Shown here: one piece after another, positions 46,105-50,397 of the stretch
How positions within the stretch are numbered: position 1 is the stretch's first letter
How the letters are laid out: every line of letters starts with the position of its first letter
DNA from: Acidobacteriota bacterium
GTDB lineage: Bacteria; Acidobacteriota; UBA6911; JACQSX01; JBPCNK01
Reading direction: 5' to 3'
DNA: 50,397 nucleotides
NCBI GenBank assembly: GCA_051001345.1
Contig: JBPCNK010000126.1
Location: forward strand, 1-50,397
Position numbers and translations under genes: made by a program
Notes under the pieces: model-generated
Told to the model about the DNA's origin: nothing
Seen by the model: the letters and a program-made list of their open reading frames with translations, nothing else
Databases searched by the model: none

Positions 46105-46500
46105 TCAGACTCGGAGGGGCGTAGTTGTTGGGTTCAGCGACTCGCTAGAGAAACCAGGCGGGGAATGGCTGTGGCCGTTTGAATACCCAGCACCAAAGAC
46201 TAAATCGCTCGCCGGGATCTGTAAGCTGATTACGACGAACTGATCTGGCGTGGCGGGGATTACAGCGATCGACTCCTCGGGATGGGAAATCGTGGGGCAA
46301 TGATGAGTTACCGTCTGAGCGGTCGATTCCGGACCGGCAGACTGGGTCGCACCCGCCGTCGAATGGTGTGCGGAGTGACCCGCATCGCCATCCTGCCTGG
46401 GAAGGCTCTGCACTGCGCAATCAATTTCGCACAGATTGAGAGACAGCAGACCCACCGACACCAGCAACAGGATCACAATGCCTACCGACCGCTTTTCCAT
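46105..46500 (-). CDS. Small membrane-anchored Cys/His-rich protein heading the copper cluster
   Basis: 131 aa: MEKRSVGIVILLLVSVGLLSLNLCEIDC...HSAHH...THHCP. The architecture resembles ORFs 1759 and 9246. No clear SD. Confidence 0.45.
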   Translation of the reverse strand: MEKRSVGIVILLLVSVGLLSLNLCEIDCAVQSLPRQDGDAGHSAHHSTAGATQSAGPESTAQTVTHHCPTISHPEESIAVIPATPDQFVVISLQIPASDLVFGAGYSNGHSHSPPGFSSESLNPTTTPLRV

Positions 46501-46550
46501 TGCAGGATTATTGTATCAGCCTCTGTCAAGGGTTGGCGCTTCCGGGGCTT

Positions 46551-46770
46551 CCGGGCCACGCGCGTAGGTAAGTGGCCAATCAGAGGCGACATTTTGACCT
46601 TCGTGCAACCGAGCACTAATCGTGTTCATGTTGCCTTTGATTGCCCGCTCGCTTACGCGCGTGGCCCGGAAGTGGGCCAATCAGAAGCAAGATTTTGACC
46701 TTTGTACAACCGAGAACTAATAGTGTTCATGTTGCCTCTGATTGCCCGCTCGCTTACGCGCGCGGCCCGG
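46551..46770. repeat. Pal-1 palindromic element: tandem copy A (46551-46669) and left-arm-truncated copy B (46670-46770)
   Basis: Copy A arms are CCGGGCCACGCGCGTAGGTAAGTGGCCAATCAG and TTGATTGCCCGCTCGCTTACGCGCGTGGCCCGG. Both copies share the loop GACATTYTGACC...CAACCGAGxACTAATxGTGTTCATGTTGCCT with copy 1 at 25561. Confidence 0.85.
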
Positions 46771-46779
46771 TAATGGGTC

Positions 46780-48651
46780 TCACTTGTGAATGTTTTTGTA
46801 GATTCCTGCCTGGACGAAAACTCGAAATAACTCGGTGTCCAATTGATTCTGCCGGACGCTTCGGTCGATGATGTCCAGCGCCGTGTCCGATCGGACGGCG
46901 CGCTTGTAGGGACGGTCGCTGGCCACCAGCGCATCGTAGATGTCGGCAATGGTCATCATCTTGGATTGCACCGGAATCTCGGCGTCCTTCAGCCTGAACG
47001 GGTAGCCCGTTCCATCGAGCTTTTCATGATGGGCGCGCGCGATGAGCGGCACGGCGCGCAGCTCGCGCGTCCAGGGCATCTGGCGCAGGAAGTTGTAGGT
47101 GTGAAACACATGCGATTCGATCTGCAGCCGCTCGGTGTCGTCCAGGCTGCCCTTGGGTATCGATAGCATGCGCAGCTCGTCGGATGTGATCAGCGGCTGG
47201 TGTTCGCCGTTCCAGTCCTCGTAGCGCATCGAGGCCATCTCGACCAGCCGTCGAAAGTCGCTCTGCGGCAGAACGGTGGGCTCGTTGTATTCGATTATCA
47301 ACCGGAACAGCTCATCGACTTCCTTGAGGTGTTCCTCAGAATCGGAGTCCAGAATCTCCTGGTTCAGCAGGTACTGGTCACGGCCCTTCTCGAGCAGATA
47401 ATCCAGCTTATGCCGGTGCTGTTCATCCAAAAGAGTGCGCCGCACATAGGCAAAGCGCTGGCGGATCAGATCCAACTGCCAGGGATACAGCTTCTTGGCC
47501 TTGATCAGGACGTCCTCGCGCACGCCGACTTTGCCAAAATCGTGGAGCAGCGATGCATAACGCAACTCCTTGATCTGTTCGCGGTTGAAGCGGAGATCCC
47601 GGTACGGCCCGTTGTCGGTTCGGTCGATGGCTTCGGCCAGTCCGACGGTCATCTGCGCGACGCGAAACGAGTGGCCTGAAGTGGTCGGATCGCGCGCTTC
47701 GATCGCCACAATGGAGGCCTTGACGAAACTCTCAAACAGATCCTCGATGTTCTGGTAGAGGTGGTTGTTTTCCAGAGCCACGGCAGCCTGGCTGGACAGC
47801 GAGCGGGCGGTCCGGACAACCGCCTCCGAATACGGAATCACGATCTGTTCGGCGTTATCTTCCGAGACGCGTGCGGCCCAATCCCGCTTGCAGTTGATCA
47901 GTTGGATAACACCCAGGATCTCTCCTTTGACGTTCTTCATCGGCAAAACGACCATCGATCGGGTTCGGTAGCCGCTGGCCTTATCCATTCGGAGGTTCAA
48001 CTTGAACGGAAACAACTCCGGAATCTTGTGGGCATCCTCCAGTTCGACGGTTTCCCCGGTCAGCGCCACATAGCCGGCGACACTGGACGAGTCGATGGCC
48101 AGCGTGAATTCCTTGAGCTGGACGGGAATGCTGTCGTTCTGCACCAGCTTGAAGCGCAGCCGGCGCTCCTTCGAGTCGGTATCCTCGACCAGATAGAGGG
48201 ATCCGGCGTCGCTGCGGCTGATCGCGCGCATCTTCGAGAGGATCAAATCGAGCAGCCGCGGCGTATCCCGTTCCAGACTGAGGGCGATGCCGATGCCGTT
48301 GAGTTCCTCAATCTCGACAAGGGATTGTTCCAACTCGCGGCGCGTCTCGCGGAGCCGGCCGGCCAAATCGAGGTGTTCGAAGGCGCTCTGGATGGTGCGG
48401 CGGATCAACTCGATTGGCGCATCGGCTGGCAAAAAGGCGAACGCGGGAACGTCGGGCACTGTTGTGCCGCCGACGACCAGAATGACTGCCGCGTCTTCAG
48501 GCACCGGCAGCGCGGATGTCATAAGCGCGACGGCAGGCGCCGTCCAGGTGCAGTCGGACGTAATCGGACGACAGGAAAAGTCCGTCCGCAGAGATTCCAC
48601 AATGGCCTCGACCCTTAGGTCGGCCTGGTAGTAAATCTGTCCGGGGTTCAT
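46780..48651 (-). CDS. HD-GYP-domain phosphohydrolase with a GAF-like sensor region (c-di-GMP phosphodiesterase type)
   Basis: 623 aa with LLHDFGKVGV and HHEKLDGTGYP signatures. A GAF-like segment lies upstream (SDAGSLYLVED...VLPMKN). Confidence 0.8.
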   Translation of the reverse strand: MNPGQIYYQADLRVEAIVESLRTDFSCRPITSDCTWTAPAVALMTSALPVPEDAAVILVVGGTTVPDVPAFAFLPADAPIELIRRTIQSAFEHLDLAGRLRETRRELEQSLVEIEELNGIGIALSLERDTPRLLDLILSKMRAISRSDAGSLYLVEDTDSKERRLRFKLVQNDSIPVQLKEFTLAIDSSSVAGYVALTGETVELEDAHKIPELFPFKLNLRMDKASGYRTRSMVVLPMKNVKGEILGVIQLINCKRDWAARVSEDNAEQIVIPYSEAVVRTARSLSSQAAVALENNHLYQNIEDLFESFVKASIVAIEARDPTTSGHSFRVAQMTVGLAEAIDRTDNGPYRDLRFNREQIKELRYASLLHDFGKVGVREDVLIKAKKLYPWQLDLIRQRFAYVRRTLLDEQHRHKLDYLLEKGRDQYLLNQEILDSDSEEHLKEVDELFRLIIEYNEPTVLPQSDFRRLVEMASMRYEDWNGEHQPLITSDELRMLSIPKGSLDDTERLQIESHVFHTYNFLRQMPWTRELRAVPLIARAHHEKLDGTGYPFRLKDAEIPVQSKMMTIADIYDALVASDRPYKRAVRSDTALDIIDRSVRQNQLDTELFRVFVQAGIYKNIHK

Positions 48652-48703
48652 CTCAGACCTTCGGGGAAACTATACGCTGATTTTGGACTACTGCCATGGA
48701 ATT

Positions 48704-48828
48704 GCCAGTAGGCAGCGGGCAGTAGGCAGCAAAATCTGCCGACTGCCCACTACCTTCCGCTACCACCTGCTGCCTTCTGCCTACTGCCTACTGCCTTCTG
48801 CCTACTGGAGCCTGAAGCCTGAAGCCTG
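48704..48828. repeat. Imperfect long palindrome of CAGTAGGCAG-type decamers, followed by (AGCCTGA)2
   Basis: Left arm GCCAGTAGGCAGCGGGCAGTAGGCAGC. Right arm GCTGCCTTCTGCCTACTGCCTACTGCCTTCTGCCTACTGG. Then AGCCTGAAGCCTGAAGCCTG and a TACAAT box at 48830-48835. Confidence 0.8.
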
Positions 48829-48857
48829 TTACAATGGACCTTTTGCCCACAGGAAAA

Positions 48858-50397
48858 ATGATCCGTAAGATCACCATCCGAGGCGCTCGCCAGCACAATC
48901 TCAAGAACATCGACCTGGAGATCCCGCGCGATCGCTTCACGGTCATCACCGGTTTGAGCGGCTCGGGCAAGTCGAGCCTGGCCTTCGATACCATCTATGC
49001 CGAGGGGCAACGCCGCTACATCGAATCGCTTTCCACCTACGCCCGGCAATACCTGGAGCAGATGGAGAAGCCCGACGTGGACCTGATCGAAGGCCTCTCG
49101 CCGGCCATTTCCATCGAGCAAAAATCGACCTCCCGCAGCACCCGGTCCACCGTCGGCACGATTACGGAAATCTACGACTACCTGCGGCTTCTTTTTTCCT
49201 CCATCGGCGTCCCCCATTGCCCGCGCTGCAGCCGCAGGATTTCACGGCAGTCGCTTGAGCAGATCGTCGAGACCATCCTGGCAATGCCCCACAATGAACG
49301 GATCATGGTCATGGCGCCGGTCGTGCGCGAGCGCAAGGGAGAGTTCAAGAAACAACTGGAGCGTTATCTGCGCGAGGGCTATCTCAAAGCCCGCATCGAC
49401 GGCGCTATCGTCAACCTCGATAAGCCCGTGGCCCTGGACAAGCGACGCAACCACACCATCGAGATTATCGTAGACAGGCTTTTGGTTACCCCCGAGGTGC
49501 GCAAACGCCTGGAGCAGTCCGTGCAGACGGCGCTGCGTCTGGCCGACGGATTGGCCACCATTTCGGTGGTGGATGGCGAGCAAATCGTTTTTTCAGAACG
49601 GCTGGCCTGCGTGCACTGCGGCATCAATGTGCCGGTCCTGGAACCGCGGTCGTTTTCCTTCAACAGCGGTTTTGGCGCCTGCCCGGTTTGCGAAGGAACC
49701 GGAAGCCAGCTGGTCATCCACTTCGAAAACCTGATCCTCAACGAAGCGGCGCCGGTGGCCGATCTCCAATTCGCCATCGCCGACCGCGATACGTCCTATT
49801 ACCTCCGGGAAGGGCTGCGGGCGCTGATGCGCAGTTACAAGATCAGACTGAATACTCCGTTTTCGAAGTTGCCATCGGAAGTGCGCGACGCGTTCCTGAA
49901 TGGCACGAGCCGGAAACTGACGTTTCGCTATGGCGATTTCGAGTACGGAGTCGATTTCGCCGGGGCGTTGCGCTGGCTCGAGGAACGATATCTAAATCCA
50001 GCGTCCGACAAGCAGGCGGAAGAAATGCAGAAGCTTTTCACCCAGGGCGACTGCAAGTCCTGCGGCGGAACTCGGCTGAAAGCCGAAAGTCTCTCGGTCC
50101 GAGTGGGCGGCCGTTCCATCTCCGACTACGCGTCGCTTCCGCTCGGGGAGTGCCTGCAGGCCGTCCGCGCCATTGTCCTGACCCCGCGCGAAGAGAAGAT
50201 CGCGGGAGTCCTCCTCAAGGAGATCCGGGACCGCGTCCAGTTCCTGCTCAACGTCGGCCTGGGATATCTGACGCTACACCGCACCGCCTCGACGCTGTCG
50301 GCCGGAGAAGCGCAGCGCGTGCGGCTGGCCACACAGATCGGCTCGCAGTTGAAGGGCGTCCTGTACGTCCTCGATGAACCTTCGGTTGGATTGCATC
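48858..50397 (+). CDS. uvrA: Excinuclease ABC subunit A, 5' partial (runs off the window)
   Basis: [68 protein letters not shown]..., Zn-finger CxxC pairs, and ...[12 protein letters not shown] at the window end. It is open-ended and therefore absent from the ORF track. Confidence 0.9.
   Translation, partial: MIRKITIRGARQHNLKNIDLEIPRDRFTVITGLSGSGKSSLAFDTIYAEGQRRYIESLSTYARQYLEQMEKPDVDLIEGLSPAISIEQKSTSRSTRSTVGTITEIYDYLRLLFSSIGVPHCPRCSRRISRQSLEQIVETILAMPHNERIMVMAPVVRERKGEFKKQLERYLREGYLKARIDGAIVNLDKPVALDKRRNHTIEIIVDRLLVTPEVRKRLEQSVQTALRLADGLATISVVDGEQIVFSERLACVHCGINVPVLEPRSFSFNSGFGACPVCEGTGSQLVIHFENLILNEAAPVADLQFAIADRDTSYYLREGLRALMRSYKIRLNTPFSKLPSEVRDAFLNGTSRKLTFRYGDFEYGVDFAGALRWLEERYLNPASDKQAEEMQKLFTQGDCKSCGGTRLKAESLSVRVGGRSISDYASLPLGECLQAVRAIVLTPREEKIAGVLLKEIRDRVQFLLNVGLGYLTLHRTASTLSAGEAQRVRLATQIGSQLKGVLYVLDEPSVGLH

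Noticed and set aside
1-50397. Search for transposase, integrase, recombinase, tRNA or rRNA genes that could explain the mosaic structure
   Set aside because: None of the ORFs of 60 aa or more, and none of the manually translated gaps, showed DDE/HUH/tyrosine-recombinase-like motifs or tRNA-like sequence. The rearrangements are therefore attributed to homologous repeats and Pal-1 elements, not to a recognisable mobile-element gene within this window.

Overview
This is a high-GC bacterial window. Gene content suggests Acidobacteriota, but that is inference only. All calls rest on motif recognition and manual translation; no homology search was possible.

The window is dominated by a mosaic heavy-metal resistance island:
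- Two CusA/CzcA-type HME-RND efflux systems. System 1 (9734-16050) has the order pump, YtkA-like, TolC, adaptor. System 2 (25821-33746) has BlaI/BlaR1-like, lipoprotein, TolC, adaptor, pump.
- A mer-like operon lacking merA (merR, merT::HMA fusion, CopZ-like Cys-rich protein).
- A second MerR regulator whose dyad operator occurs three times.
- A long minus-strand cluster at 35151-46500: cytochrome c, periplasmic His-motif protein, an untracked SmtA/BmtA-type metallothionein, a multicopper oxidase, TolC, a Cys-rich micro-ORF, phosphoketolase, acetate kinase, a TPCP-motif P1B ATPase and a membrane protein.

The remaining genes are:
- vapBC and higBA toxin-antitoxin modules.
- A TonB-dependent receptor cluster with unknown secreted proteins.
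- A decayed rhodanese/TauE sulfur cluster.
- An HD-GYP protein.
- The 5' part of uvrA.

The region is heavily rearranged:
- About 1.2-kb direct repeats at 142-1330 and 16404-17700.
- Truncated TolC and adaptor copies.
- Several disrupted genes: an amber stop in vapC, and frameshifts at a T8 run, a G4 run and within the TBDR.

The most interesting signals are:
- An in-frame TGA exactly at the first Cys of an HMA CxxC motif, followed by a SECIS-like hairpin (candidate selenoprotein).
- A conserved intercistronic module next to both RND pumps, with three compensatory base-pair changes in its hairpin.
- Chimeric TolC-leader/unknown-domain paralogs.
- A roughly 110-bp palindromic element family.
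- Phased short-repeat arrays.
- Small metal-motif ORFs missing from the ORF track.

No transposase, integrase, CRISPR array, tRNA or rRNA was recognised.
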